Shown here: in pieces, positions 25,613-36,631 of the stretch
How positions within the stretch are numbered: position 1 is the stretch's first letter
How the letters are laid out: each line of letters starts with the position of its first letter
DNA from: Psammoneis japonica
Lineage: Eukaryota
Assembly (NCBI GenBank): GCA_008632985.1
Contig: QPGO01000019.1
Location: 806,001 to 863,030 of the forward strand
DNA: 57,030 bases
Direction of reading: 5' to 3'
Made by a program: the position numbers and the translations under genes
The notes under the pieces: generated by a model
Seen by the model: the letters and a program-made list of their open reading frames with translations, nothing else
The model's database searches: none
What the model was told of the DNA's origin: nothing

Positions 25613-26201
25613 AGTAGCTTGAACGAAGAGGCGAATAATCGTAACCACTGTGGTGGGATTGTTCTTCCGGCTAGCATGACTATTACTGTAGATGCGAAGG
25701 ATGAACTTGCAGTTTAATGGATAGATGTGTACCTTTCCGGACGTTGTGCTGCTTCAGGATATGGATTCATGTATTTTAGAGCATTTTCACCACAAAAGGC
25801 TCGAAAGTAGAGGAACGGTTTTGGCAGGGAAATAAAGGTCATAGTTTCAAGAGTAAAATTGGTTACCGGCAAGCGTTCTGTTATTGTATTCAGGTTGCTA
25901 GTGAATTCTGACGACAAAATTTTTTCTCCACCGTCTGTGGCCTTGCTTCCAAGACAAGTAGAAGTAGGCACGGTCTACTGTACACAAAGGTGGTGATGAA
26001 TTCACACTCCACTGGACGGGTGCCGTATTTTTGGATACGCTATGCCATGCCCCATACTGACATGAGGAGGGAAAAAGAAAGGTTCCAAAGAAGCTTTAGG
26101 AAGAAGTAACCTTTAGAAAGTATTCTAAACTAGCGATGTGTAAGCATTTTGTACTGATTAACGCAGCCAGTTGTGATTGTGCTGCCTGGAGTTTCTTTTC
26201 T

Positions 26202-27050
26202 CTAACCACGTGCACCGACAAGGACGTTCTCATCAAAGTAGGGATCAATCAGGTCCGCTCGGACTTGCACCGTCACAAGTCCCGCGCTTTCCCAATCACC
26301 ACCTCCACTCGTGACTCTCGTGTCGTCAGGAGAGACAAAGATTCTCAGGTTCGAATCGGCGTACAAGACTCGCGCCACACCTGTGCCTTGAATCGGGAGT
26401 TTGAGCTGTTTCCCAAAGACGGAAACGCAAGCATTTGTAACCGTCACGGGATAATCAAAGGGGCACGTCTTTATGGCAGTCTTGGGATCTGAATCTTGAA
26501 AGGTTCCGGATGCCTGAAGATTGATGGCTATGTACGATAGCACGGCAACGACGACAGAGGGTATTGAGAATAAATGGCACCAACAACAACAACGCGCACG
26601 CAAATCAAGAAAAAGACGTACCGCTTCCCAAGATTTCAGAATAGTTCACAACCCGATTCTCCTCGTCGCCAAGAGTGTACTTTTGTCCTTTTAGATTCCT
26701 TTGTTTCCGCAAAGCTCCAATCTTTTCCCACAGTGGTTTTTTGCCCGAAAAGTAGCACGTCACAAATAGCGGACCGTCAATACATTCTTTAGGATCAAAC
26801 CTCACTTTGCTTTCAGCAAGTGTCGAGACGAGAGAATCAACGCGTTCATTGTCCCGGTCATGCATTGTCCCGCTGGAAGTAGTGTGCTTGTCAACCAACA
26901 ATTCCAACAACTCGGCGGCAGATTTTTGAGATTGAGCAGGAGCCGCCGCTCGTTGAAAAATGAAAAGCCATCCGCATATTTGTGGCAGAACGAAACAAGC
27001 AATAGGACCACCGAGATTGCAGAAGAAGAATGCATCTTGAAGGTTGTCAT
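26202..27050 (-). CDS. Plastid-targeted PAP/fibrillin-like protein
   Basis: Signal peptide ending ...KYADG-F; VVNYSEILG; VLYADSNLRIF resembles the fibrillin TYLD..LRI motif. Phase-1 intron 26528..26621 (GT..AG on minus strand); apparent frameshift near 26945. Confidence 0.6.
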
Positions 27051-27641
27051 GGTGTTCGCAATAATGATGTGTTGCGGGGGTTGGGGGGTATCTTTTACGA
27101 GCTCCACATCCTTCGAGCTCGACCCACTGAAAGACCGGTTCATTGGGAACGAACTCACGAAAAAAAGAGAATGAGTTGCAGTACAGTACAAGCTGCAAAA
27201 GTTAAAAGTCGGGGATCTTTCTGACTTGTCGGAATGAAGCATAGAGCTGAGAAACTGAAACAGCCCAAAGGATCTGCCTCACAGCAGACCCTTTCGCTCC
27301 AAGGGCTCGCTCAGCATGTTGTTGTGTTTTAGCTCTTGTTGGTGTTGACCACCTCGGGCGCAGGACGGACGGATTTAAAAATGACTCTGAATTTATCAGT
27401 GGTTGCGTAATGACCGAATTACTTATTGATTGAATCAATCTTGGTCTCAATAAGGCAATAGACGGGCAATGGAATTTTGAGTCGTGTGCGCGTGCGTCAT
27501 CCGCGATCGATCGGACTGACGTTTCTGGTTTGAATCTTGTCATGTGACAACGTGAAACGTTTGTTGGCGAAGAATCATCATCCATCCCGCCCACTTGGCC
27601 AGCTCGAAAACACGGAGTGCCTTCTAAAATAAACACACGAC

Positions 27642-29035
27642 ATGGGCCGAAGGGCTTTTTCCAGTCAACTGGCGGTAGCCAATGGGCTGCCAAAAGATCG
27701 CCTTCCCTCTACAGAAACTGAAGCTCGCAAAGCCCAAGAGACGTTGGAGTCCGATCTCCTAAACCTCTCTTTGGATGATCAAGAGAAGCTTTTGTTTGAG
27801 ATTCATGGTCTGCCTTGTTCGACCATTGATGACAATGCTGTCAGTGATCTGAACGAGAAGCTGGAGGACATGGAACGAGAGTTGGATGGACCCTTGAGCG
27901 ACAAAAAATCTGCGTACGATCGGGCACTCTACATGAACCCAGAGTACGTGAACAATTTGAAGCGGCTATTCTTGAGGTTTGTCGAATATGATCTCTATTA
28001 GCAGCCGATCAGATTGTTCAACATTTTGAAACCAAACAGTCCTTATTCGGTGACGGACTTGTCCTCGGACGAGGGTTGTTGTACAGCGATCTGTCAAAAG
28101 AAGACTTGGAATACCTTGAGAACAGCTCCATCCAAATATTACCGAGTCGAGATGCAGCAGGACGAGTCGTCGTTTTCTGTGCTCCTGGATGTGGAAAGCA
28201 GGGCTTCTCCGACAGTATGGTAAGTCTTCCCGATGATGCTAAAAAATTTCCATCTATCTTCTCCTTCTCAAACCGTTTTCTGCAGATACGTGCAGCTTGG
28301 TATTTTCAACAAGCCCTCTTACGAGAAGAAGGAGTACTGGAGAATGGGTATGTTCAAGTGAACTATAATATGGGAAAGTATGGAAGGGAGATTTCTCTAG
28401 AGGACATGGAGACGATAAGCAACAAGTTGGTTGATGGATGTTTCTTGAGAATGGCAGTCGAGCATTTCTGCTATGACGATCCAGGTATGAAAAACTGGGT
28501 GGCAGGAGGCGCACTTTTCTCCGACGAAAGCTATCGACACCGCCTGCGATGTCATTTCGGGTCAAAGTCGGATGTTTTGTTCAAGCTTCAAACTTTCGGA
28601 ATACCGACCCAGGATTTCCCTATAAACGATGAGGAGACTTTGGATCTCAGATGGCATCGACAATGGATGGAAATCCAGCGAAAGGCGGACGCAGATCTGA
28701 GCTCTCAGATATTCCTTGCCCCCCGTAAATTTGACGTGCTTTTTGGACGCGGACGCGACGTTCGCGTCCATTCGGGAAACTTGCACGCCAAACAGATCGT
28801 AGACACTCGCTATGACGAGTATGAAGTGGCGTGCAAACAAGACAAAACTCGGATAGCGGAGGAGGTTATTGCGGTGATCCACGAATCGTTTGGACGGTTC
28901 TTGAAATGGGAAGAAGAAAAGGGATGGGTCGAGGTCGAGTTCGAAGTCGCACGCGACAAGGTAGCCCACTTCTTTCGGCGGAGGCGAATTGCAAGTTCGG
29001 ATACGGCTGCAGACAAGAGCTCCTGTTCACCTTGA
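27642..29035 (+). CDS. Diatom CRAL-TRIO-like plus DUF6824 protein
   Basis: LSLDDQEKLLFEIHG, RDAAGR, R.RCHFGS..D..FKLQTFGIP, then DVLFGRG...HSGN...K...GRFLK...ARDKVAHFFR. Intron 28220..28286; frameshift near 27990. Confidence 0.8.
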
Positions 29036-29410
29036 TTCGTGATCTATGTCCCCCCTCCCGCCATTAGTACCGGTAGAGGCAAGCGCGAGCACTTATTCTT
29101 TTTTGTCACTGCTGATCTAGGCTCTCGTCCTGTATCAGAAATGTTTGGCTTTATTTTTCTACCATGGGAAGGCAAAACATACTTGTCTTGTGCCGCGTGT
29201 CGTGCTTGGTAGGTACGGTAGGAGAAAGATGGAATAGCAAAACAATTGGTTGTCGGTATGGCACTACACCTGTTCGGTGTCGATGGTGTTTAGAAATTTT
29301 GCAGCTGCTGTTGTAGCGACGTAGATCGGTTGATAGGGCCCTCTATTAGCTAGCTAGCACTATCCCCAACGCGCGATTCCTACTCGTAGTTGCAGAAAAG
29401 TGCAACTACT

Positions 29411-29714
29411 TGTCGCGGAACATGACTCAGGCGGGACTCAGATGATTGGGTCCCGTTCACGAATGAAGAGTCACGTGATTTCTGGTCACAAGAATCACGG
29501 CGAACCGGGATGTTTGCGATCCAGGGACGATGGTCCCCCGTGATGTTTGACGTGACGTTTGGATGTGTTACTTTGAGTTTGACAGGACTGTAATTCAGAA
29601 GAAGTAGAAAAGTAGATCATAATTTAGCGAGAGTGAGAAAAGTGAAGACTATTAATTTTAGTTTTATGTGCTACTGACGAGGTGTTAGTAGTATCGGCAT
29701 CTGGTTGTCCAACA
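29411..29714 (+). repeat. 5' LTR
   Basis: tgtcgcggaa...ttgtccaaca; colinear with 34881..35184, 14 substitutions and no indels by manual alignment. Confidence 0.96.
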
Positions 29715-29773
29715 CGATATATATCGACAGTTTGTGGCAACACTACATTCGAGAGTAGTAAGTGAGAGAAGCG

Positions 29774-32700
29774 ATGAGCAAGGAAGAACAGACCTACGAG
29801 ACTTCTTTGTCGTGGAGCGGCAAGAGAGAAGACTTCGAGAATTTTTGGTGAAATTCGAGGCATTCGAGAGCGACCACGGTTGTGAGGAAGCAACCGATGT
29901 GGATCTAGGAGATAAGCTTCTCACCAAGGCGGAATACGTGAATGGAAAGAAGAAAGTAACGCAAGCTAATGGTACAGAGACCGAAGAAGACCTCACAAAG
30001 GAGGACAAGAGGTTGCACAAGCTGAGCGCGAAATCATTTTCGAAGATCATCCGTGCGTTGCCTGAAAACTTGATCAAGGCCTGCAAGAACCAAGGTGGAC
30101 CCAAGAAGTCCGTTTATTTGATCAAAGAGTACCTCAAGAAACACTACTCGGAGCAGAATGTGGTAGATGATTACCAAAACCTATACAAGAAGAGGTTGGA
30201 GCTAGAACCTGGAGAGTTCGAGATAGCGCTGTTCTATTTCAACGAGTTGGAGGATGTTAACTCCAAGTTGGGAAAGATTGATGAAAAGTATCGCTTAGAT
30301 GAGCTTCAGTTGAAGACTGATATCTATTCAAAAGTCCCGGATCAAGGTAACTGGTCCTCTTTCAAGTCCGAGTATCGCAAGGACGGCGCGATGGAGAACA
30401 TTGCCTACAGTGCGTTCAAGCAGCACTATGAACGGGAGTGGAAAGCTCATGGTCCACCAGGAGGATCTACTACATCTATAGATCGATCTTCTGGAGAGGA
30501 TAAGACCCTAACTATGAAGGTACAGGGTAGCAAGTTTTTCCCGGGTAATTGTGGGAAGTGTGGCAAGAAAGGTCACAAGTCAAAATTTTGTCCTGACAAG
30601 AAGAACGCCAAGACGAAGAAATTCGATGGCGATTGCTTTTATTGCGGCAAGCATAGACATAGAGCGAGCGACTGCTTCAAGAAGAAGAAGGATGAAAAGG
30701 AGAAAGACGAAGAAACGAACGAGGTTACACTCGGAGTGTTCGATTCCGTCGACTTGGTTGAGGAGGGTAAGGACCATATTCCAGACTCCTTCTTCGATAC
30801 CTTCGATACTAAGCCTGCAGTTCGAGACGATGAGTTCGAGAGAGAGCTTAAGAGGTGGGATACTCGGTCTGGACTGGGTTACGGCTACGATAGTAGCGGC
30901 GAACGCGCGCTGTCATGGTACGAATGGAGCGAGATGGCGGACGATGAGGACGAAGAAGACGATGACGGCATGAGTATGCCGGAGCTAGAAGGTCCTTTTG
31001 TTTCTGATAAGGTCGAGGATGAAAGTATCCCGCCCTTGGAACCGCGGTATGATTCCGACAGCGATTCGGATGATGACGAGTCATTAGAGCTGATCGGCTC
31101 TCAACGCAAGTGCACCAACTGTGACGGGCCTGGACATGTCTATCGAGGCTATCGCACAACGAAGAAAGTTCAAGACGAGGACAAGGGAGACGAGGAAGAC
31201 AGTATCCCGCCCTTAGTATCTCGTGGCGGTTATGATAGCGACTCGAGCGATGACGAGTCGGTTGAATTCGAGGTTGTTTGCTCGTATTGCGGACAGCCTG
31301 GACACGAATTCTGCACTCCTTTCCAAGAGTTTTGGAATAACTCGGATGGAGAGAGCGATGATGACAGTGTGCCGACTCTAGAGAGTGGTATGGACTCGGA
31401 TAGTGATTCAGAGTCCGAGTTTGGTTACGATTCGGACGACGACTATGACGAAACACTGATGTCCGGTGCGCAACATGAACCAGAACGTGGCGGTGCAAGG
31501 CTACTATTGGACTCTGGCTCGACAGCACATACTAAGAGGTCTGCTGAAGGGATGCGGAACCTCAAGGAAGTGAACAAAGTCATGAAGGACGCACACGACG
31601 GGAGTTCGGTAGCGAAGCTCCAAGGAGATTTTCCATTTACGCGTCAGAATGGGGACGGTACAGTAGTTATTACTGAGATGTACGTCCAGCCAAATTTTTC
31701 ACATAACATTGTGAGTCTGACGAAGCTATTTGAGAAAAATTGCAAGCTGAGTCCGAAGACTGATCCCAAACGAGCCATTGTTCTCGAGTGCCCTGATGGC
31801 ACGGAATTAATTTTCGAAAAATCAGCGAAAGATGGGCTGTTTTATATGGAAGTTGACTCGCTGACGGATGTGTCCGAAATGACCGCAGACGTTTCCGATG
31901 GACAGAAATCTGGACAAAAAGAGTCGGACAAGAAAGTCCATGTTAACCGCGCACACATTTTGCTGAACCACATGGGAGAACGCGCGATGAAAATGGCGGC
32001 AGCAGATCTCGGTTGGAAATTGACCGGTATACCGAAGACCTGCGAGTTCTGTGTGAAGGCAAAGGCTACAGCAAAGCCAACCGTGAAGGCTAGCGATAAG
32101 AAAGCGACCAAGCCTGGTCAGCGGCTCTACCTAGACACGTCAGGACCATACAAAGCCACGCGCGGCAAGAATCGATATCATGTGATGATAGTCGATCAAC
32201 TTACAGATCGACTTTGGTCGATGTTCCAAGCGAAGAAAAATGGTTTTACGGACGATATCAAAGCTTTATTGACTAAGCTGAAGGGTCAGGGGTACCCAGT
32301 CGAGTTCTTACGGATCGACAACGCTCCGGAATGGGGTGCACTCAAGCCAATTTGTGATGAGTATGGGATCACGATCGAGTATACCTCCCCTAATACTCCG
32401 CAGTTCAACGCGGCAGTCGAGAGAGCGTTCCCAACAGTGCGTAATATGGCATACGCGGTACTGAAAGCATCCGATTTCGACGACGCAGAGCAAAGTCGGC
32501 AATGGGCGAATGCGCTGCAGGACTGCACTATCGTTCGTAACTTGGTCCCACGTGGGACTGGAGCAATGCTTATGAACCATTTGGAGAAAAGCCACCCGTA
32601 AAGCCGAAGACCTGGTAGAGTTTGGCGCAAAGGGGTGGATGGCCAAGAGAAACAAGATCAAGGCCAAGTTTCAAGATCGTGCCGAGGAGGTTCGTCGCGT

Positions 32701-35013
32701 AGGATACGCTGAGAATCACTCGAGCGATACGTATATTGTTCAAAAGTTATCAAATCGTCGTTGTGTGTTGACACGCGACGTGGTATGGGAGTCTAAAAGA
32801 CGATATGATCACCTAGACCCCGAGACAGTGGTCGAAAAGCAAACTCCGCGAGTAACTTGGGCGGACGACGCAAGACCGTCAACAGTGGTTGAAGAGATAT
32901 CACGCCCCTCTCAGTCATCCGCAGACGACCCCGACTTTCATGATTCTCATTCACAAATTGAGGAGGGAGAAGAGAGTGCAACAGACGGCGAGGAATCAAC
33001 GGATAGCGAAGAAAGTGACTCCGAGATGGGTGCGCCACCTGACGGACCAGGACAGACGGATAAAGAATCAGCTGTGAATAGTCGATTGGAACGCGAGTTG
33101 AGCAAGCTGAGGACTTCTTATAACCCAGCTGGTCTCCCAAGCGACGACGAGGACGAGGTAGAAGCGGTGAATATGGTCGCAGGATATGTTGATCCGAAGA
33201 ATGATCGCGAAGCGATGACAGGCGACGAAGCTGACGAGTGGTGGAAGGGTCTAGTCACAGAATACGATGGCTTTTTCGACTTGAGAACTTGGATACTGGT
33301 CAAGGAAGCCGAATTGAAAGGTAAAAAGATATCCAAGCCGCTATCAACGAAGAACGTCTACAAAAAGAAATTACACGCGATAACAAAAGAGGTGCGGTGT
33401 CGCGTGCGCAACTGCATTCGGGGGTTCGATATGATACCCGGAGTTCATTTCGATGAATCTTTGCACCTACTCCGACGGATCATACTGTGAGACTCATATT
33501 GGCGATATCATTATGGATGCTGGAACAGTTGGAAGTCGATGATATCGACGAAGCCGAGAAGGAGTGGATTGTCGGGCATTTGTTCGATGTTGTGCAGGCA
33601 TTTCTGAACTCAGAGATGACTGGACCACCTGTACATGTGCATCTTCCCCCTATGTGGAAGGAGCATTGCGAATATAAAGGTTGGGAATACAACGAGAACG
33701 ATCTTATTTTGCTCGGAAAGGCGCAATATGGGCAAGTCGATGCCGCGAAGCGCTGGATTGACATGTTTGTCGGAATCATGACTGAAAAGGGTGGCGTCGA
33801 GCTTAAACGAAGCAAGACTGACCCTTGTGTGTTGTACCGTCATGATGACAAGGGGCAGTTGGAGATTATCATTTTGATTTATGTGGACGATGGTTTCATA
33901 TGTGGGAAGCCGGAAGTCGTTAAGGAAGCCAAGGACTATCTGGCGAAGAGAGTTAAGACACTGGACATTGGACGAATCGACACTCATTTAGGAATTGATT
34001 ATGAGTTGAAGAAAGACGAACACGGTTGGTACTTCGAGTGCAGCATGCGCAAGTACGTGGAAAAGATGGTTGCGGAGTGCGAACAACGCTTCAACAAGAC
34101 ACTTAAGGATTACGAGACACCTGGGGAGCCAGGGAAGACATTGATGAAGGCGGACGAAGACCATGAGCCAGTCGAGCAAAACGGATATCGAGCCTTCGTC
34201 GGAAAGATCCTATGTGCGATGTTGAAGGTCTTACCTGATTGCGCGAATGCGATTAGAGCGCTGACAATGCATTTGACGAATCCAACTAAGGATCACTGGC
34301 ACGCGCTGGACAGACTTATGGGACATCTGAAATTTCACTGTCAGCCGTTGAAGTTGAGGTCACCTTTAGAATTAAGGAGCACAGGGACATTCGACGCTGA
34401 GTGGGGGACGGACAAGAATGACAGAAAGAGCATTTCGAGTGACATTTCCACATTGGGCGGTACGTCGTTAACTAATTGGCAATCGAAGAAGCAGACCTCT
34501 GTGGCGCTGAGCAGTTGTGAAAGTGAGACCATAGCGGGCACGGCGTGCGCGCAGAGCATACAATTCCAGAATCATTTATTGGAAGAGCTGGCAGGTACGG
34601 ACATGTTGAAGATGCCGAGTTATGCGTACGGAGACAACGCCGCATCACTGTTTCTGGCTGTTAACAACCAAGTGGGACAGCGGACGAAACACATTCATGT
34701 TCGTGATAGACATTTGGGCGAGTTGGTTCAACGTGGAGAAATTGAACCACGTCATGTCAGTGCGGAGAAGAACCCGGCAGATGTCAACACCAAGAACGCG
34801 AAGATCGAAACGCACAAGAGACTAGCTCAGAACCTGTGTGACGGATTCGTGATGGTTGAACCGGAACCAATCAAGGAGGGTGTCGCGGAACATGACTCAG
34901 GCGGGACTCAGATGATTGGGTCCCGTTCACGAATGAAGAGTCACGTGATTTCTGGTCACAAGAATCACGGCGAACCGGGATGTTTGCGATCCAGGGACGA
35001 TGGTCCCCCGTGA
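29774..35013 (+). CDS. Gag-Pol polyprotein of the copia element (three apparent frameshifts)
   Basis: ATG 29774 (MSKEEQ...WSGK); CCHC knuckles CGKCGKKGHKSKFC and CFYCGKHRHRASDC; protease LLDSGS; integrase H..H..C..C, YLDTSGP, RIDNA, PQFNAAVER; RT YVDD; RNase H DAEWG..RKS, SSCESE, GDN. Frameshifts near 29845, 32560 and 33460. Confidence 0.92.
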
Positions 35014-35184
35014 TGTTTGACGTGACGTTTGGACGTGTTACTTTGAGTTTGACAGGACTGCAACTCAGAAGAAGTGGAAAAGTAGATCACAATTTAGCGA
35101 GAGTGAGAAAAGTGAAGACCATCAATTTCAGTTTTATGCGCTGCTGATGAGGTGTCAGCAGCATCGGCATCTGGTTGTCCAACA
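34881..35184 (+). repeat. 3' LTR
   Basis: Direct repeat of the 5' LTR, preceded by a polypurine tract. Confidence 0.96.
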
Positions 35185-35316
35185 ACTGCTGGAGGATTTC
35201 ACCTTCATTGCTGTCAACAGTTCCGGTCATTTGAAACTTCCATCACCTTTCTACAGTCAATTGTCTTAAACAAATCAATGGTCCTGCAGGTCGCAACTCT
35301 TCAGGGCCCCAAACAA

Positions 35317-36003
35317 TCAAAATCTGTCTTGTTGCAGCTCTCCAAAGACGGCCAAAAATTGTGTAGAAAATCGCTGAAAAGAGTCCGTGTTGCTCTGCCC
35401 GTGTGATGCACTCATTTGATGCGTGCGACCAACACACGCCAGTTTCCAACATTTGGAACAAACGACATGCTTGCACCCAACGAAACGAAACGAAACACCA
35501 CTCTCTGTTGAACAGCACTTCTGCAGTGTCCACTTGGCTGGCGACGGCAATTCTCGGCATGTGTGAAATGGTTCGTAGCACGTCAGTGCCCCCGGCTTGG
35601 CGTCGGTCTCTGGAGGCTTGTTGCAAAGTGGAACTTGGCAAACAGAGCATGTGTGTGATGTCTGCCTTGGATTGCGGTCGGGAAACAATGACACATGTTG
35701 TGCCTTTTTGTCCTTCCAGATTGTCGAGCTACAGTACACACAAAACCGCCGTAGTTGAGTCTTGCGGTCGTCACTTTCCGATGCCATAGTTGCTGACGCT
35801 TGGCTTTTCTGGCTCACATCAGAGAGTCTTTGTTTCTTTCTGGCTGCGGGTGGATCCATGAGTCCAACGGCAATCAACTGGCTGAATTTACACGGTTGAT
35901 GATTTAGATGGAATGTGCCGTTGACATTCTCATTGAGTCTCATTTGCATGAGCTCAGGATCAGTCACCCACTGTTTCCGAGTCCTCTTCTTCGATGCCTC
36001 CAT
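35317..36003 (-). pseudogene. ORF with piggyBac-type C-terminal cysteine-rich domain (TE-derived remnant or small gene), TpA-depleted
   Basis: RRFCVYC...RQTSHTCSVCQVPLC...CYEPFH matches the R.C..C...T.Y.C..C.V.LC...C...FH pattern, with the expected Tyr reading His. No DDD catalytic core visible. Confidence 0.55.
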
Positions 36004-36631
36004 GGTGGCGTCTCTGCTGTCTGCCTGCTGCTTTTTCTGTGGTCTGTGGAGATGAGCCTTTGTTCAGGTCGTCCGGCAGGCCCCACCAAAGTGCAAGCAA
36101 ATGCATCAGCGAGAGGCGAGGAAATCAATGAAAGGCCTTTCGTCAGTCCGGAGTCCGCAGTGGAACGAAGTCGCACATCACCGCAGTTTTCTATGATGCT
36201 GTACCGGTACCTAGTTAGTTTACTAGGGCCTAGCTCTGGTAGCTAGAGTTACTCCGTGTTTTGTGAGTGCAACATTTATAGAGACATTTGTTAAATGAGT
36301 AGACCGTGTCTTTCTGACATTGTTTTAAGTATATAGGCATTCGAAAATCCATTGGGCACGATGACGTGGACTATAGAATCTAACATTGCCATGTCCGCGA
36401 CTTTTTCATGACAAGTCGAAAAATAAATGTTTAGAGTATCAGACGATATCAACTTATTGCCCGACATTTGTTAAATGTTTTGTATTATCATGCATGCTGG
36501 CATTTGTACCGGCACCGATAACGAAACTGGTCACCAAAAGAGTTTTTTTAGGTTTGTTTGTGATGTGCATTCAAGCTCACAAACAGAGGGGCAAAGAAGA
36601 AGCAAACAGGTCTTGACATTGAACGGCGAGA

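Larger units (their letters stand above)
29411..35184 (+). mobile_element. Near full-length Ty1/copia LTR retrotransposon (CoDi-like)
   Basis: Two 304-bp LTRs (TG...CA); PPT aaggaggg at 34873..34880; 6-bp TSD actact (29405..29410) / actgct (35185..35190); copia domain order gag-PR-IN-RT-RH. Confidence 0.96.

Noticed and set aside
29411..35184. Classical RIP (CpA->TpA) acting on the 5' LTR
   Set aside because: The TA-rich left part of the element encodes intact motifs with no excess of stop codons, and conserved Tyr are lost on the TA-poor side, so the direction is TA->CA/TG.
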